A stretch of DNA of 64,000 nt from Candidatus Eiseniibacteriota bacterium (GTDB lineage Bacteria > Eisenbacteria > RBG-16-71-46). Positions 48,964 through 58,445 of the stretch are shown one piece after another. The position numbers and the translations under genes were made by a program. The notes under the pieces are model-generated. The model had not been told where the DNA came from and searched no databases. It worked only from the letters and a program-made list of their open reading frames with translations. Position 1 is the first letter of the stretch, and each line of letters opens with the position of its first letter. The stretch is from positions 256,001 through 320,000 of the forward strand of contig JBGAML010000002.1 of assembly GCA_044223005.1 (NCBI GenBank), in the 5' to 3' direction.

Positions 48964-51900
48964 ATGCGCCTGGCCTGCCTCGCCGCACTGTTCGCGCTGC
49001 TGCTGGGTGGCTCGTTCTCACCGTCGGCGGCGCGTCCCAAGGCTCCCGCGGGGCGGGACACGGTGGTCGTCCAGGCGGAGTGGGACAGCCTGATCGCGCT
49101 CCAGTCGGCGCGCCGGTACGCGGTGGTCGACAGCGTGGCGCAGGCGCTGATCGCGCGGATCGAGGCGTCGCCGCACCCGGACACGCTCGACCTCACGCAC
49201 GCGCTCTCGTTCGTCGCGGCGGCGCGCTACTCGCAGCGGCTGGTCAACGACGGCAAGGCGGGCGACGCGATCGAGCGGCTGATCACGCTGCGCGCCCGGC
49301 ACGTGCCGCCGGGCGAGAAGCTCATGGTGTGGGCCGAGGGCTGGGCGGCGCGTTACTTCGACGACGTGGGCCAGCACGACAAGGCGTACGAGCACGCGCG
49401 AGGGTTCCTGGACCAGCTCCGGGCGCAGTCGCCCATGGACACGCTGCGCGTCGCGGCGGCGACCCGCCGCATGGCGCTGGCGCTGCACTTCCTGGGGCGC
49501 GAATCCGAGGCGCGCGAGCAGTTCCTGCGCGCGATCGAGATCGCGCGCTCCAAGACGATCCCGACGTGGGAAGAGCAGCTCGCCACGCTGGGCGAGTACG
49601 GCCAGTACCTGAGCGATCTGGGCGAGTTCGACGCGGCGCGCGACTACCTGAACCGCGCGCGAGAGATCGGCGAGCACCACAAGGAGGCTGCCGCCCAGCT
49701 CGACGAGGTGTTCGGGCGGCTCACCACGCTCGAGCAGCGCGTGGGCAACCTCGCCGACGCGGTGGACCTGGCGCAGCGCTCGTACGAGCTGACCCGCGTG
49801 CGCTTCGGCGAGAATGCGGCGCCGACGCTGCGGGCGCGCGTGCGGCTGGCGTACCGGATCTCCGACCTGGGCGATCACGCCGAGGCGCTGCGGCGGCTGC
49901 GCGAGATCGCGCCGGTCATGGCGGAGCAGATCGGCCGCACCAACCCGCAGGTGATCAACGTGCGCATCTCGGCGCTCGAGGACGCTGCTGCGGTGGGCGA
50001 CACGACCGGCATGCGCGCCGAGCTGGCGGCGCTCTGGCCGATCGTCATGTCGACGGCGACGCCGCTCTCCAACGCCACCTACCTGCACGCGATGGGCTCG
50101 GTGGTCGCGCGATTGCGCGGCGACGAACGCGCCGCATGGGATTCGCTCGAAGTGGCGGTGCGCGGCATCTGGCCGGAACGCACGCGCTGGGGCGGCCGCC
50201 TCGCCGATCTCGCGAGCGAGGAGGCGGTGCTGCTGGCGGGGCCCGGCGACCGCGACCGCGCGGAGCAGCTCTTCGCGCGCATCGACACGCTGACGCGCGA
50301 AACGAGCGCGCGCGCGGCGGCGGAGTGGCCGCACTGGCTCGAGTCGCGCGCGGGACTCGAGGCGCGGCTGGGGCTCGCGGACTCGGCGTGGACGCACGCG
50401 CTGCAAGCGGCATCGCTGCAGCGCGAACGGCTTCGCTACCAGGCCTACGCGCTCTCCGACCACCAGGCGGTGCAGCTGGCCGAGCAGTCGGTCACCTCGG
50501 GCGACGTGCTGGACCAGCTGGCGAGCGCGGGCGATCCGGCGCGCGCGGCGGCAGCGTGGGAGCAGCAGATCCGCTGGCGCGGGCTGGTGCGCGAAGAGGT
50601 GACGTCGCGGCGCCTCGCGGCGTGGCAGGCGGCGGACACGGCGGTGGCGGGAGCGCATGCGCGCTGGCTCGCGGCGCAGCGTTCGCTCGCGCAGCTCGTG
50701 GTCTCGGGTGCGGCGCACCCCGACGATCCGGCTACGGCGGAGCGCTTCGCGCAGGCGCGCGCGGCGGCCGACGCGGCCGAACAGCAGATGGGCCGCGCGG
50801 TGGGCGGCGCTTCGGTCGACACGGTGACGCTGACGCACGTGCTCTCGCACCTCTCGCCGCGGCAGGCGCTGGTCGGCTTCGCCACCGCGGGCACGGGTCG
50901 CGACGCGCGCACGCTGGGCGCGTTCGTCGCCGTGGCGGGCGGCACGCCGCGCTGGGTGACGCTGGGCGACGAGGGCGCGCTGGGCGACGCGATCGCGGCG
51001 TGGACGGCCGCGCTCGCGACGCCACCGTCGGGCGCGCCGGCCGCGATCCGCGCGGCGGAGCGGGCGTGCCGCGCGAAGGGTGCCGTGGTGCGCGAGAAGC
51101 TCTGGGCGCCTGTGCTGCGCGCGCTGGGCGACGTGACGGACGTGTTCGTGGTGCCCGAGGCCTCGACGTGGAACGTGCCGTGGCTCGCACTGCCGGTGGG
51201 CGAGGCGGGCTACGTGGCCGACGCGCCCTACGTGGTGCACCTGCTCAACGCCGAGCGCGAGCTGCTGCGGCCGTCGCTGCCCGCGAAGGGCGGGCTGCTC
51301 GCGGTGGGCGATCCGGATTTCGACCTGACGCCGGCGGCGGCCGACACGAGCCACGCCGCGACCCGCTCGGGTGTGACGGGCTGGCCGTGCGCCGACGGAC
51401 GCCCGGCGCGGCTGGAATCGCTGCCCGCGGCGCGTGCCGAGGTGCAGGCGATCGCGGCGCTCTGGCCCGTGCGCGCGGGCGCGTCCGAGCTGCGCGTGGG
51501 AAATCGCGCCGACGAAGCGGACTTCAAGCGCGAGGCGCCGGGCCGCGCGGTGATCCACCTCGCGACGCACGGCATCGTGCTCAGCGACACGTGCGTGGCG
51601 GTCGGCAGCACGGCGCTGCGCGGTGTGGGCGGTGTGGCCGCGCTCGCCGCGCCGTCGCAGTCGCCGAAGCGCGCGCCGGGCGCGAGCGCCGCCGCGCCGC
51701 GTGCCTCGGCGCCGCGACAGGTGCCGGGGCACGTGTGGCTCGCGTTCGCGGGCGCCAACCACGCGGCCGACGGCGCGCACGACGAGAACGAGGGCCTGCT
51801 TACCGCCGAGGAGGTGGCGACGCTCGACCTCGCGGGCACCGACTGGGTCGTGCTCTCGGCGTGTCATTCGGGCGAGGGCGAGACGTGGCTGCGCGAGGGC

Positions 51901-52143
51901 CAGTCGGGCATGCGCCGCGCGTTCCACCTTGCGGGCGTGCGCACGGTGATCGCGAGCCGCTGGGCGGTGGCCGACGCCGCGACGCGCGAGTGGATGGTGG
52001 CGCTTTATCGCGGGCGCTCGCACGGGCTCGCGGCCGCGCCCGCGGTTCGCGCGGCGGCGCGTGAGGTGCTGGCCCGGCGCCGCACCGACGGCCGCTCGAC
52101 GCACCCGTTCTTCTGGGCGGGTTTCGAGGCCTCCGGGCGGTAG
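48964..52143 (+). CDS. Exported TPR-CHAT (caspase-like, clan CD) protease
   Basis: GGAGG RBS; signal peptide; TPR-like helices; AVGDPDF, HLATHG (catalytic His), VLSACHSG (catalytic Cys), AFHLAG, SRWAV.D, HPFFWAGF. Confidence 0.9.
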   Translation: MRLACLAALFALLLGGSFSPSAARPKAPAGRDTVVVQAEWDSLIALQSARRYAVVDSVAQALIARIEASPHPDTLDLTHALSFVAAARYSQRLVNDGKAGDAIERLITLRARHVPPGEKLMVWAEGWAARYFDDVGQHDKAYEHARGFLDQLRAQSPMDTLRVAAATRRMALALHFLGRESEAREQFLRAIEIARSKTIPTWEEQLATLGEYGQYLSDLGEFDAARDYLNRAREIGEHHKEAAAQLDEVFGRLTTLEQRVGNLADAVDLAQRSYELTRVRFGENAAPTLRARVRLAYRISDLGDHAEALRRLREIAPVMAEQIGRTNPQVINVRISALEDAAAVGDTTGMRAELAALWPIVMSTATPLSNATYLHAMGSVVARLRGDERAAWDSLEVAVRGIWPERTRWGGRLADLASEEAVLLAGPGDRDRAEQLFARIDTLTRETSARAAAEWPHWLESRAGLEARLGLADSAWTHALQAASLQRERLRYQAYALSDHQAVQLAEQSVTSGDVLDQLASAGDPARAAAAWEQQIRWRGLVREEVTSRRLAAWQAADTAVAGAHARWLAAQRSLAQLVVSGAAHPDDPATAERFAQARAAADAAEQQMGRAVGGASVDTVTLTHVLSHLSPRQALVGFATAGTGRDARTLGAFVAVAGGTPRWVTLGDEGALGDAIAAWTAALATPPSGAPAAIRAAERACRAKGAVVREKLWAPVLRALGDVTDVFVVPEASTWNVPWLALPVGEAGYVADAPYVVHLLNAERELLRPSLPAKGGLLAVGDPDFDLTPAAADTSHAATRSGVTGWPCADGRPARLESLPAARAEVQAIAALWPVRAGASELRVGNRADEADFKREAPGRAVIHLATHGIVLSDTCVAVGSTALRGVGGVAALAAPSQSPKRAPGASAAAPRASAPRQVPGHVWLAFAGANHAADGAHDENEGLLTAEEVATLDLAGTDWVVLSACHSGEGETWLREGQSGMRRAFHLAGVRTVIASRWAVADAATREWMVALYRGRSHGLAAAPAVRAAAREVLARRRTDGRSTHPFFWAGFEASGR

Positions 52144-52256
52144 CCGCGCGGCGGCTCGGCCCCCGTGTTCGCTCCGGGCGGGCGGGACGTAGGGAGAACG
52201 CGAGCCCATCCGCGCGCGGTGCGTGGGTGGTCCGACCCACCCTCGAGGAGCGCCCC

Positions 52257-55007
52257 ATGCGCCGCCGCATCGCCGCAGCGATCCTGCTCACCGCCTGCTG
52301 CTGTGCCCCGCTGCCCACGTTCGCCCAGTGCGAGCGGTGGCTGCCCGGCCCGTTCGACAATGGCACCGCCAGCAGCGTCGTCGGCAAGCTCTATTGCTCG
52401 ACGTCGTGGGATCCGGACGGCGACGGGCCGCTGTTCCCGCGCCTCGTGGTGGCGGGCAGCTTCACCTCGATCGGCGGCGTCGCGACCCACAACGTCGCGT
52501 GGCGCGATCCCGCGACGGGAACGTGGAACGCGTTCGGTCCGGGGATCACCTTCACCGTCCGCGCGCTCGCGGTGCTGAACGGCCAGGTCGTCGCGGCCGG
52601 CGATGGCGACACGAATCCCGCGGCCGACGACGACAACGTCCTGCGCTGGAACGGCGTCTCGTGGGCGAGCCTGGGCGGTGGTACGGCGACGGGCAACGTG
52701 AACGCGCTCGCGGTCTGGAACGGCGAGCTCTACGCGGGCGGCTACTTCGTCGCGAATCCGTCCTGGGCCGACCCCGTCAGCAACATCGGGCGCTGGGACG
52801 AGGCGACCGCGACGTGGCAATCCGTGGGCGGCGGCACGGACGGCACGGTGTCCGCGCTGCACGCCTGGCAGGGCGTGCTCTACGCGGGCGGCTCGTTCCA
52901 CCACGCGGGCGGGGTGGCCGCGAACTACATCGCGCGCTTCGACGGCACGTGGCACGCGCTGTCGAGCGAGCCGAAGTACTACGTCAACGACCTCGAGGGC
53001 GGTTACAACGGCGAGCTCCTCGCGGCCACGTCGTTCACCGGCGCGAATGGCGCGACGACCCCGGCCGTCGGGGGCTGGAACGGCTTCAGCTGGAACGTGC
53101 GGGCGGTGCAGGCGGTGCCGAGCGGCATCTTCCTGACCTGTGGCATCTACAATGGTTCGATCTACGCCGGCGGATCGTTCGAATCGCTCGATGGGATGTT
53201 GGCCGGAGGCGTGGCGCGATGGGACGGCACGCGCTGGGTGTCGGTCGGCCAGGGGGCCGTGAATCACGCGGCGGTGATCTACGACCTGGCACCCTACAAC
53301 GGCGAGCTGCTCGCGGTGGGCGACGTCCAACAGCTCGACTTCATTCCCGTGGGCGGCATCGGCCGCTGGAACGGCACGGAATGGGGAGCGTTCGGCGGCT
53401 ATTCGGCGCTGAGCGTGGCGGCGATGACGCCGTACAACGGCCGCCTGGTCGCGGGCGGGTACTTCCATGCGTACGCGGGCACGGGACCGTCCGTGTCGAA
53501 CATCGGCGCCTGGCGAGGCACGACGGGGCTCTCGGCGTTCGGCACGGGGACGGACGCCGACGTCACGGCGCTGTGCGCCTACACGTCCGGAACCCTGGTG
53601 AATCCCAGCTACGAGCTGGTCGCGGGTGGGTACTTCACCGTCGCGGGCGGCCTCGCCTGCAATCACGTCGCGCGCTGGATCGAGAAGACGACCATCATCA
53701 CGCCTCCGGCGTGGGCGCCGATGGGCCAGGGGTTCAACGCGGCGGTGAGCGCGCTCGAGCGCTACAACAGCGCGCTCTATGCCGGCGGCAGCTTCACGGC
53801 CTCGGGCGCCACGCCGCTCGGCCACATCGCGCGCTGGAACACGGCGGCCAGCAGCTGGGAATCGGTCGGCAACTTCGACGGCTCGGTCGAGGCGCTCAAG
53901 GTCTGGAACGGCCAGCTCTACGCCGGCGGCTCCTTCACCAGCGTGAACGGCGTCCCGACCGGTGGACTCGCGCGCTGGAACGGCTCGACGTGGTCCGCAT
54001 GCGGCGGCGTCTTCTCCACCGGGTACGTGCATGCGCTCGAGGTCTACAACGGCCAGCTCGTGATCGGCGGGGAGTTCACCGGCGTGCCGGGCAGCCCGAA
54101 CCTCGCGACGTGGGACGGCACCAGCATCTCCACGCTCGGCTCGGGCGGCACGAATCGCGCCGTCCACGCCCTGCGAGCGGCTGGGACCCGGCTCTACGTG
54201 GGCGGCGAGTTCCTGCTCGCCGGCGGCCTGTCGTGCCAGCACCTCGCCTGGTGGGACGGGACGTGGCACGCGATGAGCGGCGCCACCAACACCGTGGAGT
54301 CGATGTGCCTCTACAACGGTGAGCTGCACGTGGGCGGCAGCTTCCAGTACGTGGACGACGGCCTGCTCCGCGCTCCGACGTGGGCCCGCTACACCGAGAC
54401 CGGCGTGCCGTGGTTCGCGACGCAGCCCTCGTCGCGCAACGTCGCGCCGGGGACGAACGTCACGTTCACCGCGTCGCCGCCGCCGGGCTACAGCGGCTAC
54501 TCGACGCAGTGGTACCGCAACGGCGTCCCGCTCGCTGACGGGTTCACGGGACATGGTTCGATCGTGTCGGGCGCGCACACGAGCACGCTCGAGATCGACT
54601 TCACCAACGGCCAGACCGACTGGGGGAAGTACCACGCGGAGATGAGCAACAGCTGCGGCAGCGTGCAGAGCGTGGACGCGACGCTGTCGTTCGACGGCTA
54701 CGCCGACGTGGCGCCGGGCGGCACGCTCCAGACCGCGTTCGCCGCCATGGGCCCCAACCCGAGCCGCGGCGCGACGACGCTGCAGTACTCGCTCGCCCGC
54801 GACGCCGACGTGCGCGTGCGCGTGCACGACATCGCGGGCCGGCTCGTGTGGTCGCGCGAGCTCGGGCACGTGGCGGCGGGCCGCCACGCCGCGGAGTGGG
54901 ACGCCCGCGACGCGGGTGGCGACCGCGTGCGTGCGGGGCTCTACCTCGTGACGCTCGAGGTCGACGGCGCGCGGCTCGCGGCGCGGCGGCTCGTGGTGAC
55001 GAGGTAG
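52257..55007 (+). CDS. Secreted beta-propeller/Ig protein with FlgD-like CTD, paralogue of 10680..13436
   Basis: GAGGAG RBS; mature start QCERWLPGPFDNG versus QCADWLAGPLDNG; same repeats, Ig domain and GPNPSRG CTD. Confidence 0.82.
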   Translation: MRRRIAAAILLTACCCAPLPTFAQCERWLPGPFDNGTASSVVGKLYCSTSWDPDGDGPLFPRLVVAGSFTSIGGVATHNVAWRDPATGTWNAFGPGITFTVRALAVLNGQVVAAGDGDTNPAADDDNVLRWNGVSWASLGGGTATGNVNALAVWNGELYAGGYFVANPSWADPVSNIGRWDEATATWQSVGGGTDGTVSALHAWQGVLYAGGSFHHAGGVAANYIARFDGTWHALSSEPKYYVNDLEGGYNGELLAATSFTGANGATTPAVGGWNGFSWNVRAVQAVPSGIFLTCGIYNGSIYAGGSFESLDGMLAGGVARWDGTRWVSVGQGAVNHAAVIYDLAPYNGELLAVGDVQQLDFIPVGGIGRWNGTEWGAFGGYSALSVAAMTPYNGRLVAGGYFHAYAGTGPSVSNIGAWRGTTGLSAFGTGTDADVTALCAYTSGTLVNPSYELVAGGYFTVAGGLACNHVARWIEKTTIITPPAWAPMGQGFNAAVSALERYNSALYAGGSFTASGATPLGHIARWNTAASSWESVGNFDGSVEALKVWNGQLYAGGSFTSVNGVPTGGLARWNGSTWSACGGVFSTGYVHALEVYNGQLVIGGEFTGVPGSPNLATWDGTSISTLGSGGTNRAVHALRAAGTRLYVGGEFLLAGGLSCQHLAWWDGTWHAMSGATNTVESMCLYNGELHVGGSFQYVDDGLLRAPTWARYTETGVPWFATQPSSRNVAPGTNVTFTASPPPGYSGYSTQWYRNGVPLADGFTGHGSIVSGAHTSTLEIDFTNGQTDWGKYHAEMSNSCGSVQSVDATLSFDGYADVAPGGTLQTAFAAMGPNPSRGATTLQYSLARDADVRVRVHDIAGRLVWSRELGHVAAGRHAAEWDARDAGGDRVRAGLYLVTLEVDGARLAARRLVVTR

Positions 55008-55190
55008 GGCAGCGGGGCCGCGCGGCGGGCAGGCTGCGCGTGAGGCGAAGCGAGGCGGGCCGGGACGCGACGAGGCGCTCCGGCCCGCGGCGTTTCGGGT
55101 GCGAACGGCGTCTCGTGAAGGAGTACGATCGGTGCGCCGAAAACGAGCGGCATCGTGTCCGACGTGCGCCCATCCCGCCCCGGAGGCCCC

Positions 55191-56201
55191 ATGCGACTGC
55201 GCTTCTCCGCCTGCCTGTTGCTCCTGACGCTCGTCGGACCGGCCGCCGTCCGCGCCGCCGAGGCCCCGTGCCCGGCCGCGATCAGCGGCTCCGGTTCGGC
55301 GACCTGGTATTCGCCGCCCGACGACGCGAGCGTCGCGTGCGGCCTGCCGGCGGTGACGCCGGGGGAATACACCGTCGCGGTGACGCCGTCACGATGGGCG
55401 GGCTCCGGGATCTGCGGGCGCTGCCTCGAGGTGACGGGGCCGCTCGGGACCATCGTGGCCCGCGTGCGCGACGAGTGCCCGAGTTGCACGAGCGGGGATC
55501 TCGACATGAGCCAGGCGGCGTTCGCCGCGATCGGCAACCCGCTGCTCGGCATCGTTCCCATCACGTGGCGTTCGACGCCGTGTCCGTTTTCGACGCCGGT
55601 CAAGATCTCCATCGATCCGGGCTCGAACATCTACTACGTCGCATTCAAGGTCCTGGAGCACCGGTTCGGGATCGACTCCGTTCAGGTGAAGGAGAACGGC
55701 GGTCCGGGCTACTTCACGGCGCCGCGAACCACCTACGATTCGTTCGTCGCGACCACCGGCACGGCGCTGGCGTTCCCGCTCGCGCTGCGGCTCTTCGACG
55801 TGCACGGCCAGGCCATCGACGAGACCATGACGTCGGCGGACCTGGCGTCGGGCGGCGTGTACGCCGGCACGCACCAGTTCCCGAATCCGGTCTGCCTCAC
55901 CGCCAGCGCGCCGCCACCCGCTGCGAGCGCCATGCCCGCGGCCGCCGCACCGAACCCGTTCGCGTCGGCGACGCAGCTGCGTTTCACCCTCGCGCTCGAT
56001 CAGCCGGTGCGCGTGGAGGTCTTCGACGCGGGCGGCCGCCGCGTGCGCTCGCTCGCGAACGGCGCCATGACCGCGGGGCCGCACGCGCTCGCGTGGGACG
56101 GGCGCGACGGCGCGGACCTCGTGGTGCCGGCGGGGCTCTACCTCGTGCGCATCATGGGCCGCTACGAGTCGCACGTCCTTACCGTCGCCCGCATGCGCTG
56201 A
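55191..56201 (+). CDS. Bacterial expansin-like protein (DPBB + CBM63-like) with FlgD-like CTD
   Basis: GGAGG RBS; GSATWY, ACG, CGRCLEVTGP.G, VRDECPSC, DLDMSQAAF..I, GIVPITW; APNPF...WDGRD. Confidence 0.85.
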   Translation: MRLRFSACLLLLTLVGPAAVRAAEAPCPAAISGSGSATWYSPPDDASVACGLPAVTPGEYTVAVTPSRWAGSGICGRCLEVTGPLGTIVARVRDECPSCTSGDLDMSQAAFAAIGNPLLGIVPITWRSTPCPFSTPVKISIDPGSNIYYVAFKVLEHRFGIDSVQVKENGGPGYFTAPRTTYDSFVATTGTALAFPLALRLFDVHGQAIDETMTSADLASGGVYAGTHQFPNPVCLTASAPPPAASAMPAAAAPNPFASATQLRFTLALDQPVRVEVFDAGGRRVRSLANGAMTAGPHALAWDGRDGADLVVPAGLYLVRIMGRYESHVLTVARMR

Positions 56202-56272
56202 CGCGCCGTTCGCGACATGGGCCGGGGCGCTCACCGCGCTCCGGCCCGTGGTGCGTGCGCGCCGCGCCGCGT

Positions 56273-58300
56273 CTATCGCACGATCTCGAAACGGCGCACG
56301 AGCGTGCGGCCCGCGGCCTCGAGCCGCGCGAAATAGATGCCGGGCGCCGGCGCCCTCCACGTCGCGCGCACGTGACCCGCGGCGTATTCGCCGTCGGCGA
56401 GCACGGCGCACTGGCGGCCGCCGACGTCCAGCACGCGAAGCCGCGCGTGACCCCGCGACGCGAGGCTGAAATCGATCGCCACCGTGCCGGGTGAGGGATT
56501 GGGGGCGATGGGGGCGAGTGCGAGTGCCGTGATCTTCGTCCGCGGGACGGCGGTCGACGCGGCGGCGGGCACGTACACGGCTTCGACGCGGTGGTTCGCG
56601 CGGACGCCGGTGAACGTGAAGCGGGTCAAGTCGCCCTGGTCGGCGCCGTCGACCAGCAGCGAGGCGATTTCGTGCCCGGGCTGCGGCGTCGCAGTCACGG
56701 TCACGTTCGCACCGGCGGCGACCGTCGTGGGGCCCGCGGGCGCGACCGAACCGCTGCCGGTCGCCGCGGTCGTGAGCGTGAAACTCGTGGGCACGCCGTC
56801 GGGTTCCACCGCGCCGGCGTAGCCGCCCTCGAGATCGGCGCTGCGCGCGCCGCTCTCGGGGAGCAGCGTGGGATCGAACGTCGCGAACGTGGAGTCCGCG
56901 AAGCGCGGGCTCGCCCACACGAACTTGTCCGGCAGCCCGTAGCCCGGGCCGCTCGCCGGCGCGCCCGAGACGGTTCCGAGCCGGATCGCGTGGCCCGGCG
57001 TGCCGCCGGCCGAGTAGACGACGCCGCCCGAGTCCACGAACACTCCAGTCTCGGGCATCTCGATGGTCGCGAGCGAGCCCGCGGCGTTGGGGGCCGTGGA
57101 GTAGAAGATGTTGCCGACGATCTTCGTGCCCGACGCAGCCACGTACGAGTTGAACTTGGCGACGGTGGGATAGGTCGAGAGGAAGGTGTTGTGGCGGACG
57201 ACGCAGTTGCGCGTGATCTTGCCGAACTGGAAGGCGATCGCGCCGTCGCAGCGGACCACGTTGAACTCGATCGTGTCGGTGTTCGCGTCCTCGGTGTAGC
57301 CGAGCCCGTAGGTTTTCGGGTTCGCGAGGTTGAAGACGTTGTGCCCGAGGTAGTGGTGGTGCACCGAATGCTGGATGTGCCCGTCCTGCGACAGCCCGAA
57401 GTTGACGCCGGCCGTGCCGTGCGCGTTCACCACGTTGCCGATGTAGCGGTTCCACGCCGAGCTGTCGCGCCAGCCCCAGTAGGCGACCGTGTTCGCGTTC
57501 GAGTTGAAGTCGAGGTTCCAGGTGTTGCCCTGGAACGAGTTGAAGTAGGAGAAGTAGGTCTCGGAGGCGAACGCGAACCCCGAGTCGTTCTGCGTGAAGT
57601 TGAATGTGTTCCCGGCGAACGTGTTGTACTGCGCCCGCATCAGGACGATGAACTGCATGTCGGCGTTCAGCGTCTTGGTGTAGTCGAAGCGCGAGTTCTG
57701 GATCAGGTTGCCCGTCACGCGGCAGTCGTAGTCGCGCGTGTCGCCGCCGTCGGCGTTGCCCAAGTCGTCGCGCATGTTGATGTGGCAGTCGAGCCCGGAG
57801 AGCTGCAGGCTGTCGTAGACGCAGTGCTTCGCGACGGCATCGAGGCTGCCCGTGCCGTGGACGCCGATCAGCGAATCGAAGCGCGCGACGTACAGGTTGC
57901 CGCCGAGCTTGCGGCTCGAGTACGGGCGTGAACCCGCGCCGGCGCTCGTGGCGATCCACTTCACGGTGACGTAGTCGCCCCAGTCGCCCGAGCCGCCCTG
58001 GCCCGCGCGGTCGAGCCGGATGCCCGCGACGACCGCCGAATCCGGCGCGGCCATCGAGCCGCAGTACGTGATGCGCTGGAGCGCGGTGCCGTTGGCGTGC
58101 GGCTGGACCGGGACCGTGTACGTGCCCGGGGAGACGAGCACGAGGTCGCCGGCCACGACGCCGGCATTGGCCGCGAGGAGCCCGGCGTCGTCGTGCACGA
58201 GCCACGTGGTGGCGTGCACCGCGGCGTGAGGGAGCGCGGCCAGCGCGAGCGCGAAAACGGCCATGCGGGCACGCGCGAACGGGGGGGGAGCGAGTCGCAT
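56273..58300 (-). CDS. Secreted right-handed beta-helix protein with small Ig/B-repeat-like domain and CTD
   Basis: GDLVLVSPGTY cap; Asn-ladder repeats (YNTFAGNTF, FNSFQGNTW, VRHNTF); TLT....GSGSV.P.G...V..G; APNP...GIYFARL. Alternative start at 58264. Confidence 0.75.
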   Translation of the reverse strand: MRLAPPPFARARMAVFALALAALPHAAVHATTWLVHDDAGLLAANAGVVAGDLVLVSPGTYTVPVQPHANGTALQRITYCGSMAAPDSAVVAGIRLDRAGQGGSGDWGDYVTVKWIATSAGAGSRPYSSRKLGGNLYVARFDSLIGVHGTGSLDAVAKHCVYDSLQLSGLDCHINMRDDLGNADGGDTRDYDCRVTGNLIQNSRFDYTKTLNADMQFIVLMRAQYNTFAGNTFNFTQNDSGFAFASETYFSYFNSFQGNTWNLDFNSNANTVAYWGWRDSSAWNRYIGNVVNAHGTAGVNFGLSQDGHIQHSVHHHYLGHNVFNLANPKTYGLGYTEDANTDTIEFNVVRCDGAIAFQFGKITRNCVVRHNTFLSTYPTVAKFNSYVAASGTKIVGNIFYSTAPNAAGSLATIEMPETGVFVDSGGVVYSAGGTPGHAIRLGTVSGAPASGPGYGLPDKFVWASPRFADSTFATFDPTLLPESGARSADLEGGYAGAVEPDGVPTSFTLTTAATGSGSVAPAGPTTVAAGANVTVTATPQPGHEIASLLVDGADQGDLTRFTFTGVRANHRVEAVYVPAAASTAVPRTKITALALAPIAPNPSPGTVAIDFSLASRGHARLRVLDVGGRQCAVLADGEYAAGHVRATWRAPAPGIYFARLEAAGRTLVRRFEIVR

Positions 58301-58445
58301 CGCGGAAGAGTCCGTGTTGCCGGCCCCGCGATGCAACGAACGTTCGCGTCAATTCCGAGTTTCGACACGCAAACGTTGCGCTCGACTGGGGTCGCGTTCG
58401 CCCGCGCTGAACGCGCGGTACGTGCGGGGCGTGTATCGTGTCGCC

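Noticed and set aside
48964..52143. TPR-CHAT as a CRISPR type III-E (Craspase) component
   Set aside because: No cas genes or array, and the protein has an export signal.
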